Positions 50,361 through 63,786 of a stretch of 64,000 bases of DNA are shown piece after piece. The notes below the pieces were generated by a model. The model was not told the origin of the DNA and searched no databases. It worked only from the letters and a program-made list of their open reading frames with translations. Every line of letters starts with the position of its first letter. Within the stretch, counting starts at the first letter, position 1. Source of the stretch: Chiloscyllium plagiosum. Lineage: Eukaryota. The position numbers and the translations under genes are program-made. The stretch covers positions 5,547,282 to 5,611,281 of the forward strand of contig NC_057753.1 of assembly GCF_004010195.1 (NCBI RefSeq). The letters run 5' to 3'.

Positions 50361-51139
50361 GACTGACAGTGTCACACAACAAAATGGAGCTTATTCTCAA
50401 CAGGAAGGCGAGACTTTGCCTCCACTAGTACTATGTGGTGGTCACTCTTTATGATACTGTCATGGACAGATACATCTGCAGTCAGCAGATTGGTAAGGAT
50501 GATGTCAAGAATATTTTTTCCCTCAGTACCTATCGCACACCCAGTCTAGCAGCTATTTCCTTTCGGACCCGACCAGCCCAAGAGTGTTGCTACCAAGTTA
50601 CTGTTTGTGGTGGACCATAAAATCCCGCACCCAGAGTACATTTTGCACCCTTGCCACTCTGAACGTTTCCTCCAAATGCTGTTCAACATGGAAGAGTAGA
50701 GATTCATCAGCCAAGAGAGAATGGTATGCGGTGAGCAGAAGGAGGTTTCTTTGCTCATGTTTAACCTGAAGTCATGAGAATTCATCAAGCTCAGAATCAA
50801 TCTTGGGGACTCCCAGGGCAACTCATTCCTGACTGTATATCACTGGACACTACCACTACTGGGCCTGTCCTGCCTTTTGGACAGGAATTATCCAAAGATG
50901 GAACACTGTCTGTAAAGTATCATTCCATGGCTCTGCTATAACATGGTAGTTCTATTCTCATGCAATCCCATGTGAAAAGAAAATGGTGTAACAGCAGCAC
51001 CATTTAAACTAATGGGGCCAGAATCAAGTTACAACCCATACAACAGTTTAAAACATTGCGCTTTAGAAACAATGTCCCCAATTCATCAATTGTGTTATAT
51101 TGAATTCATGTCAGCAAACTGATGACTATGTCAAACTGC

Positions 51140-52470
51140 TGCTTGGCAAGCTGTTGAAAGGAATCCTGAGGGACAGGATTTGCATGTATTTGGAAAGGCA
51201 AGGACTGATTTGAGATAGTCAGCATGGCTTTGCACGTGGGAAATTATGTCCAACAATATTGACTGAGATTTTTATGAAGGAGTAACAAAGAGGATTAATG
51301 AGGGCAGAGCAAAGGAGATGATCTACATGGACTTCAGTAAGGGGTTTGACAATGTTCCCCATGGGAGACTGGTTAGCAAGGTTAGATCTCACGGAATACA
51401 GGGAGAACTAGCCATTTGGATACAGAACTGGCTCAAAGGTAGAAGACAGAGGGTGGTGGTGGAGGGTTGTTTTTCAGACTGGAGGCCTGTGACCAGTGGA
51501 GTGCTACAAGGATCGGTGCTGGGTCTACTATTTTTCATCATTTATATAAATTATTTAGATGTGAGCATAGGAGATATGGTTAGTTAGTTTGCAGATGACA
51601 CCAAAATTGGAGGTGTCGTGGACAGTGAAGAAGGTTATCTCAGATAAAAATGGGATCTTGACCAGATGGGCCAATGGGCTGAGAAGTGGCAGATAAATGT
51701 GAGGTGCTCCATTTTGGAAAAGCAAATCTTAGCAGGACTTATACATTTAATGTTAAGGTCCTAGGGAGTGTGCTGAACAAAGACATCTTGGAGTGCAGGT
51801 TAACAGCTCCTTGAAAGTGGAGTCGCAGGTAGATAGGATAGTGAAGGCGGCGTTTGGTATGCTTTCCTTTATTGGTCAGAGTATTGAGTATGGGAATTAG
51901 GAGGTCATGTTGTGGCTATACAGGACATTGGTTAGGCCACGTTTGGAATATTGCGTGCAATTCTGGTCTCCTTCCTACTGGAAGGATGTTGTGAAACTTG
52001 AAAGGGTTCTGAAAAGATTTACAAGGATGTTGCCAAGGTTGGATGAGCTATGGGGAGAGGCTGAATAGGCTGAGGCTGCTTTCCCTGGAACTTCAGAGCC
52101 TGAGGGGTGACATTCTAGAGGTTTATAATATCATGAGGGGCGTGGATAGGATAAATAGACAAGGTCTTTTCCCTGTGGAGTCCAGAACTAGAGGGTATAG
52201 GTTTAAGGTGAGAGAGGAAAAATTTAAAAGGGGCCTAGGGGGCATTTGTTTTCATGCAGAAGGTGGTACGTGTATGGAATGAGCTGCCAGAGGAAATGGA
52301 GGAGGCTGGTACAATTGCATTATTTAAAAGGCATCTGGATGGGTATATGATTAGGAAGGGTTTAGAGGGATATGGGCCAAGTGCTGGCAATGGGACTAGA
52401 TTGGGTTGGGATATCTGGTTGGCATGGACAAGTTGGAGTGAAAGGTCAGTTTCTATGACTAGACTATGAG
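51140..52470 (+). mobile_element. CR1 (HER1-like) RT and 3' end
   Basis: IYMDFSKGFDNVPHGRL, QGSVLG, RVWNELPEE. Confidence 0.92.
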
Positions 52471-52909
52471 ATGACTGGCCCATTCACCTAGCCCTCAAAT
52501 GTTAGTAAGGTTGGATTTTGCAGGGTCAGCAGGGCTGGTTATGCCATTATCCTTTGCCACTGCCTCATGTGATGCCAGGTGGTCTGTCCAGTTCCTTTGT
52601 TTTTTGAGACTTCATACAGTTTGATATAACTCAGTGGCTTGCTAGGCCGTTTCAGAGGGCAATAGAGAGTCAACCACATTGCTGTGGGTCTGGAGTCACA
52701 TGTAGACCAGACCAGGATGAGGACAGCATTTTTCCTTCCCTGAAGGACGTTAATGAGCCAGACAGGTTTTTGCAACAATAATCAATGGTTTCATGTTCAC
52801 TCGAGATCGCTTTCACTAAATTCAAATTCCACCATTTGCCGGAGTGGAATTCAATCCTGGAATGTTAACTGAATTTCTGGATGAAACAGCTGTTGCCTTC
52901 CCTGACTAA

Positions 52910-53340
52910 TTCCACACTCGCAAATTTACTCTGAAGAGAGACCATTTACCTGCTCTCAGGGTGGGATAAGATTAAATGATTCATCTACTCTATTCAGACA
53001 TCAGCAAGTTCACACTGGGGAAAGACCTGCTGAGCGTGGGGGAAGAATTAATTTTGTCATCCTACCTGCTAATACACAATAAGTCCACACTTTGGAAAGA
53101 CTTTTCAAATGCCTAAACTGTGGGAAGTGTGATTATGGTTCCTGGGACCTGATCACCCATCGACATGTTCACACTGGTGAGAGTTCATTCTTGTGCTGTC
53201 ACTGTAGTACTGCGTTCAAGGGATCATCTCAACTCACCAGAGAGATCATACGGGTGATAAACCATTCATGTTTTATGGGTGTGGGAAAGGATTGCTCATT
53301 CTTCCAACCTGCTGAGACACCAACAAGTTCTCATGTGAAT
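52910..53340 (+). pseudogene. Decayed C2H2 zinc-finger array
   Basis: ERLFKCLNCGKC..LITHRHVHTGESSFLCCHC; linkers cacactggggaaagacc and ctgaagagagaccattt. Confidence 0.8.
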
Positions 53341-53532
53341 GGATTTTGCTGTTAATCACATTCAGCAGTGAATCTGGGGTCTGTTTCTGCAGATTTCAGG
53401 TAACGAGGTTCTACTTAACTTTGTTGGATATGGCTGGTTATTCCTTCTTGCACAACACTGTGGTTCATTTCAGAGGGCAGTTATGAGTCACCCACATTAT
53501 TTTAGATCGGAAGTTACATGGCAGCAAGACCA

Positions 53533-53865
53533 GCCGCACGGTGGCTCAGTGGTTAGCCCTGCTGCCTCACATCGCCAGGGACCTGGGTCCAATTTCAGTC
53601 TCGGGTGACCGTTTGTGTGGAGTTTGCACATTCTCCCCGTGTCTGTGTGGGTTTGCTCTGGTTTTCCCCCACAGTCCAAAGATACGCAGGTTAGGGTGAA
53701 TTGGCCATGCTAAGTTGCCCAGAGTGTGCACAGATGTGTTGGTTAGGTGTATTAATTGGGGCTAAATGTAGTGGAATGGTGGGTTACTCTTTGGTGGGTC
53801 AATGTGGATTTGTTGGGCCGAGTGGCCTGTTTCCAGGGATTCTGTAGGGATTCTAATCTAATTCT
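53533..53865 (+). mobile_element. HE1-like SINE; a partial inverted SINE tail follows at ~53930-54062
   Basis: gcacggtggctcagtggttagc head. A ~70-bp flank is duplicated (53851-53929 ~ 54063-54139). Confidence 0.8.
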
Positions 53866-54189
53866 GAAAAAGAATAACATTTTTCCTTCCCTCAAGGACA
53901 TTGCTGAACCAGATCAGTTGTTCCAACAACCCCTACAGTCTGAAAACAGGCCCTTCAGCCCAATAAGTCCACACCAACCCTCCAAAGAGTAACCTACCCA
54001 GGCCCATTCCATTACGTTTAGCCTCGACTAATGCACCTAACTGACACATCCCTGAACACTGTTCTAATCTAATTCTGGAAAAGAATACCACATTTCCTTC
54101 CCTCGAGGAGATTGCTGAACCTGATCGGTTGTTCCAACAATCCGTTGTAATTGTATGGTATGACCATGAGATTGGAGGACACAGAATAT

Positions 54190-54370
54190 ACAGCAAATGT
54201 CTACAGTGTGATGTAACTGAAATTATATGCTGAAAAAGACCAATACATAATTTCAGTGTCTTATGATCTTATTCTCCACAACCACCTGATGAAGGAGCAG
54301 CGCTCTGAAAGCTAGTGCTTCCAAATCAACCTGTTGGACTATAACCTGGTAGCTGTGTGATTTTTAACTT
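54190..54370 (+). mobile_element. PLE family 3 terminus
   Basis: Ends aacctgttggactataacctggt..gtgtgatttttaactt, shared with 2346-2521 and 47281-47315. The left edge is approximate. Confidence 0.7.
54283..54317 (+). ncRNA. Minimal hammerhead ribozyme motif (PLE family 3), CUA triplet
   Basis: CAC-CTGATGA-aGGAGCagcGCTCT-GAAAG-CTA-GTG. Helix I is CAC/GUG; helix III is palindromic AGCU. Confidence 0.8.
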
Positions 54371-55769
54371 AATAATCCCTGTAATTGGGCTCAAGTTTAA
54401 TATTCTGGACAACTGTTAAATGAATCAGTCCTGGATTAACCACACCATTGTTAGCTTTTGTCTTTTCCATATGAGTGTGGATCATCATCTGACTGGAGCA
54501 CAGCAAGTCAGATCCGGGGAAGTGGGAGTTGGAGGTGTGGGGTGGGAATAGTACAGCAGCAGACTGGACACAGTCCTTCACCAGCAAAGAGCAAACGGGA
54601 TTTGAGTCTTTTTCACCTCTGTTCACTGCTGGCAAGGTTCACTGCTGAGGGAGAAATGTGTCCGAAATGCTGTCCTCCATGTGTCAGGGCTCCTAGAGGC
54701 AGAACACTAGCTCCTTTACAACTGGGACTTAGAATCAATAAAAACAATGAAGAATGCTGCAAATATGCTCTCACACTAAAGGTCGGGATCAAACTGGACC
54801 CTGCTCCTGAGAAAGTGAATCAGCAGGGTTTCCAGTCTCGATAGTGACACTGGCCATCATTCTGTGAAGACGTGTAATGTGTCTGTGTGACAATCCTGGG
54901 CCTCCCCTTTTTTAATTCAGATGTTAATTATCTTAACGTTTTAGTAAATCATTTAAACTGCATTAAAAGAGCAGACGGATTTCACAGGAGCGTAATCCCT
55001 TTTGCTAAACCGATACAACAGATCTGTGACCTCCACAGAAGAGCACATGGGCTTGTTGCCAGAATTCTCCACATCTGTTGGACACCAGAATAAGTGAAGA
55101 TCCACAACTTGGAATATGCATGAGAGATACGATCCTGACGATCATTCTGGGGATCACACCCATGTGAAAACTCTGCCACTGACCCCGATGAAGGCTGTAG
55201 GTTCAGGGGGTGTACTGGGAGAGTTAGATTCTGTATCCTGACTCATATCTGGTGAGGAACCAAAGGAATCCTTCCTTAACAAGTGTCTGGAGTTTTATCT
55301 GTCAATGCAGCATTCGTGGTGATAAGGGGAACTGGAGCATCCTATTGATTTTTATACAGTAGGTAGATAAAAACTAACATTAAAATATTAATTTAGTGCC
55401 CAATCCAAGATTTCATCATCGCTCATTGACGTGTTGTAAAGCCACAATGAAGCTAAAAACCATAGCTAATTGGAATAGGGCGGATTTCCTTCATTATTAA
55501 ACAGTCCACTGAGCGAAGAGATAAAAGCTTTGCTACTTGACCATCAGGCTACCTATTTCTCATTTATCATAATTATCATAATTTGATGTGGTATATGAAT
55601 TTTCATTACATTCCAGCAAAATGTACCCTCCACCTTATCCACCTTACCTAGTACTAAAACTACAACTTTAATGACCAATATTTTAAAACCTATTCAAAGC
55701 TATTAAAATCTAACTAATAAAACCAATCCTAAAATAGATATAGCAACAGTATAATAGAGCAAATCGGAA

Positions 55770-56328
55770 GTCATAGAGTCATAGAGATATACAGCACGGA
55801 AACAGACCCTTCAGTCCAACCCGTCCATGCCGACAAGATATCCCGACCCAATCTAGTCCCATCTGCCAGCACCTGGCCCATATCCCTCCAAACCCTTCCT
55901 ATTCATAGACCCATCCAGATGCCTTTTAAATGCTGCAATTATACCAGTCTCCACCACTTCCTCTGGCAGCTCATTCCATACACGTACCACCCTCTACATC
56001 AAAAAGTTGCCCCTTAGGTCTCTTTTATATCTTTCCCCTCTCACCCTAAACCTATGTCCTCTAGTTCTGGGCTCCCCCACCCCAGGGAAAATACTTTGTC
56101 TATTTACCCTCTCCATGCCCCTCATAATTTTGTAAACCTCTATAAGGTCTCCCCTCAGCCTCCGACACTCCAGGGAAAACAGCCCCAGCCTGTTCAGCCT
56201 CTCCCTATAGCTCAAACCCTCCAACCCTGGCAACATCCTTGTGAATCTTTTCTGAACCCTTTCAAGTTTCACAACATCTTTCCAATAGGAAGGAGAACAG
56301 AATTGTACGCAATATTCCAACAGTGGTC
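55770..56328 (-). mobile_element. Young CR1 (HER1-like) 3' end
   Basis: LEYCVQF..LERVQKRFTRMLPGL..RRLRGDLIEVYKIM; tail gtcatagagtcatagag. Confidence 0.93.
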
Positions 56329-56904
56329 TAGCAACCTATCTTAAAAATCAATAAATATGTGAAGTAGTTCATTTATCAGCAATATTGTGAGGCGAGAGGT
56401 ATTCTTGTCGAACAACTCAAAGTTCTGTATTCCTAAAAGTCCTTCAAAGAGTCGTTTTTCTCAATCCACTTACCTCTAGGCCCCAGTAAGGATCCAAAAA
56501 AGGAAACTCGCTAGCCTCAAGTTAGCTCAGTAATCTGGTCTTTCAAATGTCCATACTTGTTCACCTTCTCGAGCCATACCTGTTCGAGGGAATTATTCTC
56601 ATTCTCAAAGTGCACAGTCACATCTGCTACCACAAACTGCGCCACTTTTCTGCAAAATCAAGTCCCGAATCCAAAAGCTCCCATTCACATCTCATATCCT
56701 AGGTTCCAAGTAGATTTTCCATACCTGGTTACTTACAAATTTTGATACCTTTTCAACAATCCTGTTGTGTCTTTTAATGCATGTCCGTTTGATGAATGGG
56801 CACCAACCAAATATATGGGGTATAATTTCTAATGAGACATCACATCTCCTACATTTCTTGTTTACCTGCGCCGTACAATGCTGTAAGGTTGTTCTGCTTG
56901 GGTA

Positions 56905-57200
56905 TAAGTTCGGGCAGGCACGCCTTGAGGTGACAGTCTGTGTGGAGTTTGCACATTCTCCCCCTGTCTGCGTGGGTTACCTCTGGGTGCTTTGGTTTCC
57001 TCCTACAGTCCAAAGATGTGTTAGTACAGGGTGGATTGGCTGTTCTAAATTGCTCACAGTGTTCAGTGGATGTGTACGTTGGTGTGTTAGTCAGGTGTAA
57101 ACGTAGGATAGTAGTGCCTGGGTGGGTTACACTTCGGAGGGTCGGTGTAGGCTTGTAGTGTCGAAGGGCCTGTTTCCACACTGTATGGATTCTATGATTG
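56905..57200 (+). mobile_element. HE1-like SINE, 5'-truncated
   Basis: Central domain and CR1-like tail are present. Confidence 0.8.
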
Positions 57201-57289
57201 CCATGGAGAGGGATAGGAACAGACAGTATGGGGAAGGTATTTAATTGGGGATGATGAAATTGTACTGCTATTCAGACAGGAGCTGTGGA

Positions 57290-59735
57290 GTATAATTTGG
57301 GGACAACTGTTCTACAGGAAAGGCACAACAGAAATGTGGAGGCTGTTTAAGGAGCACTTGTTGTGAATGTTGGATAACGTTGTTCTCCAGAGACAAGCAA
57401 GGAATGGTAAGGTGAAGGAATCTTGGATGACAAGAGAAGAGGAGCTTCTCGTCAAGAGGAATAAGGAAGCTTACTTAAGGTTGAGGAAGCAAGGATCAGA
57501 AACAGGTTGAGAGGATTACGGGATAGCTAGGAAAGAACTCAAAAATGGATTGAGGAGAGCTAGAAGAGGGCACAAAAATGTATTGGTGGGAAGGATTAGG
57601 GAAAGCCCAAAGGTGTTCTACGCTTATGTGAGGAAAAGGTGAATGATCAGATAGAGGATAGGGCCAATAAGGGATCATGGAGAGAACTTGTACCTGGAGT
57701 CTGAAGAGGTGGGGGAGGCCCTCAAATGAGTTTTTTGCTTCAGTATTCATAAGGGAGAGGGACCTTGTTGATAGTGAGAACCCCGTGGACCAGGTTAATA
57801 GGCTTGAACTGATTGATACTAAGAAAGTGGATATGCTGGAAATTCTGGGAAGCATCAAAATAGATAAGTCCCCAGGGCCAGACCAGATATGTCCAAGGTT
57901 ACTACGGGAAGCGAAGAATGAGTTTGCTGCGCCTCTGGTGATGATCTTTGCATCCTCACTCTCCATAGGGTTAGTACCAGATGATTGGACGAAGGTGAGT
58001 GTTATTCCTCTGTTCAAGAAAGGGAATAGAGAAATCCCTGGGAATTACAGACCAGTCAGTCTTACGTCTGTGGTAATGAAGGTGCTGGAAAGGATTCTGA
58101 GAGGTAGGATGTATGACTATTTGGAAGAACATAGTTTGATTGAAGATAGTCAGCGTGGCTTTGTGAGGGGCAGGTCATGCCTCACAAGCCTTATTGAGTT
58201 GTTTGTGGATGTGTTGAGACAAGTTGACGAAGGTTGAGCAGTGGCTCTGGTATATTTGGATTTCAGTAAGGCATTTGATAAGGTTCCCCAAGATAGGCCT
58301 ATTAAGAAAGTTAGGAGTTTTGGGATGCAGGGAAATTCGGCTGTCAGGATGCAGAATTGTTGGCTGAAAGAAGATAGTGAGTGGTACTTAATGGAAAGTA
58401 TTCCACCTGGAGGTCAGTGACCAGTGGTGTCTCACAGGGATCTGTTCTTGGGCCTCTACTCTTTGTAGCTTTTATAAATGACTTGGATGAAGGGTGGGTT
58501 AGTAAGTTTAGCGATGACACACAGGTCAATGGTGTTGTAGATAGTGTCGAGGGCTGTTGCAGGCTACAACAAGACATTAACAGTATGCCCTGATGGGCTG
58601 AGAAGTGGCAGTTGGAGGTCAACCTGGATAAATGCGAAGTGATTCATTTCAGAAGGCCGAAGTTGAATGCTGAATATAGGGTTAAAGGCAAGATGTGGGC
58701 GGCACGGTGGCACATGTGGGCGGCACGGTGGCACAGTGGTTAGCACTGCTGCCTCACAGCACCAGAGACCCGGGTTCAATTCCCGCCTCAGGCGACTGAC
58801 TGTGTGGAGTTTGCACGTTCTCCCCGTGTCTGCGTGGGTTTCCTCCGGGTGCTCCGGTTTCCTCCCACATCACACAGGTGTGCAGGGTCAGGTGAATTGG
58901 CCATACTAAATTGCCCGTAGTGTTAGGTAAAGGGTAAATGCGGTGTGGACTTGTTGGGCCGAAGGGCCTGTTTCTACACTGTAATCTAAATCTAATCTAA
59001 TCTAATCTAATCTAAATCTAATTGTTGGCAGTGTGGATGAACGACGAGATCTTGGGGGTCATGTTCACAGATTCTTCAAAGTTGTCACCCAAGTTGATAG
59101 GGTTGTTAACAAGGCATATGGTGTTTTGGCTTTCATTAACAGGGGGATTGAGTTTAAGAGCTGTGAGGTTTGCTGTAGCTCTATAAAATCCTGGTTAGAC
59201 CACACTTGGAATATTGTGTCGAGTTCTGGTCGGCTCATTATCCGAAGGATGCCGATGCTTTACAGAGGATGCATAGGAGATTTACCAGGATGCTGGCTGG
59301 ACTGGAGGGTATGTCTTATGAAGAGAGGTTGAGTGAGCTTGGGCTTTTCACTTTGGAAAGAAGAAGGAAGAGAGTGACTTGATAGAGATATACAAAGTAA
59401 TGAGAGGCATCGATAGAGCTGATAGCCCGAGACCTTTCCCCAGGGCAGAAATGACTGTCACGAGGGGTCATAATTGTAAGGTGTTTGGAGGAAGGTATAG
59501 GGGAGATATCAGAGGTAGGTTCTTTACACAGAGAGTGGTGGGTGCGTGGAAGTCATTGCCAGTAGAGTCAGAGACAGTTGGGCATTTAAGCAACTGCTGG
59601 ACAAGCACATGGATGGCAGTAAATTGAGGGGGGTGTAGGTTAGGTTGATCTTAGATTAAGATAAATGCTTGCTACAATATCATAGGCCAAAGGGCCTGTA
59701 CTGTGCTGTTCTATGTTCTGTGTTCTATGTTCTGT
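57290..59735 (+). mobile_element. CR1 LINE, ~2.1 kb, containing a nested SINE
   Basis: KSPGPDQICPRLL, NYRPVSLTSVV, QGSVLGPLLF, FSDDT; (ttctatg)n tail. Confidence 0.92.
58693..59022 (+). mobile_element. Young HE1-like SINE with a duplicated 21-bp head
   Basis: atgtgggcggcacggtggcac x2 (58693-58734); body nearly identical to 2930-3232; (aatct)n tail. Confidence 0.9.
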
Positions 59736-59834
59736 AAGTAGAAATTGCTGGAAAAACTCAGTAGGTCCGGCAGCATCTGTGGAAAAAAAACCGAGTTAAC
59801 ATTTCAGGTCCAGTGATCCTTTTTTCAGAACTGA

Positions 59835-61618
59835 GGAGTGGCAGATGGAGTTTGATTTAGATAAATGGGAGGTGTTGCATTTTGGTACGACGCAGAAGGT
59901 CAGGGCTTACACAGTTGATGGTAAGGGCTTATGCCTGAAACATCGATTCTCCTGCTCCTCGGATGCTGCCTGATCTGCTGTGCTTTTCTAGTGCCACACT
60001 CTCGACTCTGATCTCCAACATCTGCAGTTTCCACTTTCTCCACTGGGGAACGTTGTTGAACGGAGAGACCGAAGGGTTCAGGTACATTGTTCCTTGAATG
60101 TGGCATCATGGGTAGGCAGGGTTGGTAAGAACGCATTTGGCACGCTGGCCTTCATTGCTCAGACCATCGAGTATTGGAGTTGGCAAAGTCACGTTGAGAA
60201 TGTACAGGACATGGGTGAGGCCACTTTTGTGTACAACTGTACAATTCCAGTCACTTTAGGAAGGGTATAATTACATTGGAGACAAGACAGAGAAAACGCA
60301 GAAGGATGTTGCTGGGACTGGAGGGTTTGAGTTATAAGGAGAGGCTGGAAAGTCTGGAACATTTTTCACTTCATTGTACGAGGTTGAGGGTGACTTTATA
60401 GAGGTTTATGACATCATGAAAGGCATAGACAGGTAGCTCCCTGCCACCAACCAGATCTGTTCCTCCTGTTGACCAACCAGGTCGCACCTTGTACCTGTTT
60501 TTACCTATCCCAATTCATCACCCTGCCTCTGCCGCCCCCTTTATCTGCAGCTCCCCCCAGCACACCCGCCTCCCAGTCCTGGAATAGAATTACACCCGAA
60601 ACATCGACCTCTCCACCCCCTGATGCTGCCTGGCTTGGGGCTGGCAAAAGTGTGGGTAAAGGGCAGCCTGCGAGATTGATTGGCAGTGGATGTTTTGGAG
60701 AGGGCACAGAGAAGATTCACCAAGATATCGCCTGGTATGAGGGTGCTAGCTATGAAGATAGGTTGAGTCGATTAGTATTAGTTTCATTAGAAAGACGACG
60801 TTTGGCGGTTGGGGTGGGGGGAGGGGATGACCTGATTGAGGGCTACAAAATCCTGAGAGGTGTAAACAGGGTGGATTGCAAGATTTTTTTTCCCCAAAGC
60901 GGGGGACTCAATTACTTGAGGTCACGAGTTTAAGGTGAGAGGGGAAAAGTTTAGGGAAGATATGTGTGAAAAGTTGGTTATGCAGAGGGTAGTGGGGGCT
61001 TGGAAAGCGTTGTCATTGGAGGTGGTAGAGGTGGCAAGATAGCGTTATTTAAGATGTATATGGAGAGATACATGAATGGGCAGGGAACAGAGCGATACAG
61101 ACCTTTAGAAAATAGGTGACAGATTTAGATAGAGGATTTGCATCGGCGCAGGCTTGGAGGGTCGAGGGGCCTGTTCCTGTGCTGCAATGTGCTTTGTCCT
61201 TTGTCCTTTGTTCTAATGGGGACAATGGATTGGGCGTGATGACGAGATGGTTTAACCTCACAGCTCTTAAACCATCTCATGTTGCAGTTGTATAAGACTC
61301 TGGTGCGGCCGCATCTGGAGTATTGTGTGCAGTTTTGGTCGCCATATTATAGGAAGGATGTGGAGGCACTGGAACGGGTGCAGAGGAGGTTTACATAGAT
61401 GTTAGGGGTAGGTTCTTTACTCAGCGATTCGTGAGTTCATGGAATGCCCTGTCAGTAGCAGTGGTGGACTCTCCCTCTTTATGGGCATTTAAGCGGGCAT
61501 TGGATAGGCATATGGAGGATAGTGGGCTAGTGTAGGTTAGGTGGGCTTGGATCGGCGCAACATCGAGGGCCGAAGGGCTTGTACTGCGCTGTATTCTTCT
61601 ATGTTCTATGTTCTATGT
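59835..61618 (+). mobile_element. Cluster of CR1 3' fragments with interspersed PLE pieces
   Basis: Several CR1 ORF2 C-terminal motifs and tails (ctgtgctg..ttctatg). Confidence 0.75.
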
Positions 61619-61619
61619 A

Positions 61620-61865
61620 TCTGGGGTTGGGGGAAGGACAGAGGGGAAGTCTTCAAGTCTGAAAATGATTGAATTCACTATTAATTCCAGAAGACTGCAG
61701 AGTTCCCAAGTAGAAAATAAGGTGTTGTTCTTCCACCTCGCCCTGAGCTGTGCCAAAACACCGCGGCAAAACCCGACACAGATATTAGACGGGGAACACG
61801 TTGGTATTTCGAAATGGCAGGCAATTGGCAGCTCGGGGTCAGTTTTTACAGACCTAATGCCCATG
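61620..61865 (-). mobile_element. PLE GIY-YIG C-terminal remnant
   Basis: Peptide IRSVKTDPELPIACHF resembles the PLE LPVAxHFN motif. Confidence 0.6.
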
Positions 61866-62593
61866 TTCTGATTGATTGATTGTCACGTGTGCTGAAGTAC
61901 AGAGAGAAGCTCTGTTTACCAGCAGTGCAGGCAGATCAGAGTGAGCAAGGGCAAACAGATTCAAAAACAGACAAGCAGAGGTATGCAGGTTACAGTGCAC
62001 AGGGCGTGCGCTTGGCAAGATCAATGCAAGGAGAAAGTGAGGACTGCATATGCTGGAGATCAGAGACGAGAGTGTGGTGCTGGAAAAGCACAACATCCGA
62101 GGAGCAGGAGAATCGACGGTTCGGGCATCACCCCTTCATCAGGAATCTAGACAGTCCATTCCGCAGTCTGCCAGGAGAAAGCTGTTTCTGAAACTGCTGT
62201 TCAAGTTTCTGTATCTTCTGCAAAGCAGTCACCAAGTTCACACTTTATTTCCCCAATGTATTGGACATAAGTTTTAGATTTGTTTTTTGTTATTGTTGAA
62301 CTGGATGACATCCACTATTGTCTCGTCCTTTAACAGCTCGATTTGATCCTTATCTGTTTACCTCATATTAAGTCTAAGCGTACCAATCCACAAGGAGCCA
62401 AAAACAAAAGTCTACAAATGCTGGAAATCTGGTCTCGAAACAGGAAGTGTTGGAAATGCTCTCAGGTCAGAACACTTTCTCGAGAGAGTGAAAAGGTGTG
62501 GTTGATAACCATATATCAGAGCCGGAATAACGCCTGCGGAGTTAATAGTTATGGAAAATAAGGAGTAGAGAAGCAGGTTTGATGGGAGAATTG

Positions 62594-62828
62594 AAAATGT
62601 GTTGCTGGAAAAGCGCAGCAGGTCAGGCAGCATCCAAGGAGCAGGAAAATCGACGTTTCGGGCATGAGCCTTTCTTCAGGAATGAGCCCTTCTAGAGGAA
62701 TTCCTGAAGAAGGGCTCATGCCCGAAACGTCGATTCTCCTTCTCCTTTGATGCTGCCTGACCCGCTGCGCTTTTCCAGCAACACATTTTCAGCTCTGATC
62801 TCCAGCATCTGCAGTCCTCACTTTCTCC
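62594..62828. mobile_element. PLE family 1 insertion, fold-back with hammerhead motifs on both strands (62648-62683 minus; 62700-62735 plus)
   Basis: Perfect 15-bp TSD ttgatgggagaattg at 62579-62593 and 62829-62843. CTGAAGA-aGGGCtcatGCCC-GAAAC-GTC at 62704-62731. Confidence 0.88.
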
Positions 62829-63786
62829 TTGATGGGAGAATTGCCTATTCGTGTTCCTAATTAAGATGGGTGTACGAAGAATTAATGGTTTTGTGATAGT
62901 CTGGGAGGTTGGAGTGACTAAGTTGGGCGGCACGGTGGCTCAGTGGTTAACAGTGCTACCTCACAGCACCAGGATCCTGGATTCGATCCCACCCTTGAGT
63001 GAGCTGACGTGTGAACTTCATGTTAGTATTTAGTGTGGAGAAGGATATAAAAGTTGGGGAAATAAATAGTGACGTCTTGAAAGGTGTCCATAATACAGAA
63101 GAAGAGGTGCTGGACGCATTGTGACCTTATTTCAATCCTGTACATGGCTCGGCTGACTCCAGGTCATGCCAGACTCAAGGTGTGGAGTTGGAAAGTGGGG
63201 AGCTGGAAAATCACCAATGGTCAGGCAGTGTCTGAGAGACAGGAGAGTCGGATTTTCGAGCATAAGCCCCTAATCAGGAAAGAGGGTAGTCGATGTTGTT
63301 GCTAATAGCTTTAGCAAGGTTTTTGACAAGGTCAAAAGGCGAAGTTACATGGGATCTGCGGTGAGCTGTTAAGATAGCCATCGCAGACAGAGAGAAGCAG
63401 GGAAAGGAGATCTATGAGCAGTGGTCTTTCATGGGGATCAGTGCTGAGATTCCTGCTATTTGTAATATGTTAACATAGTGTGCAGGAGCATGTAGATGGC
63501 CTGCATCGTAAGTTCATGGGCAACACAAAGACTAGGGGAGCTGTGGACAGTCAGGGACATTGCCCGATGAAACAGCAGGCAGGAGGTAAGTTGGAGACAC
63601 AGGCGAAAAATACAAAATGGATTTTAACCCGCACAAATGCAGGGAGATACGTCTGGAATGTCTAATGCAGGATGGAAACATAAAGTTAATGGCAGAACGC
63701 TTAGAAACGGAGTGATCTAGATGCAAAGATCGGAAGTTCCTTGAAAGTAGCAACGCCAGTAGATAAGGTGGACAAGAAGGCGTGGT

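Noticed and set aside
54369..55179. Short ORFs as host genes (e.g. 54458-54844), and similarly 29590-29991, 31581-32069, 38512-38943)
   Set aside because: No recognisable domain or splice structure; most overlap repeats or are of chance length.
55180..55210. Further hammerhead (ccgatgaaggc...)
   Set aside because: No CUGA core and no downstream GAAA/UH.
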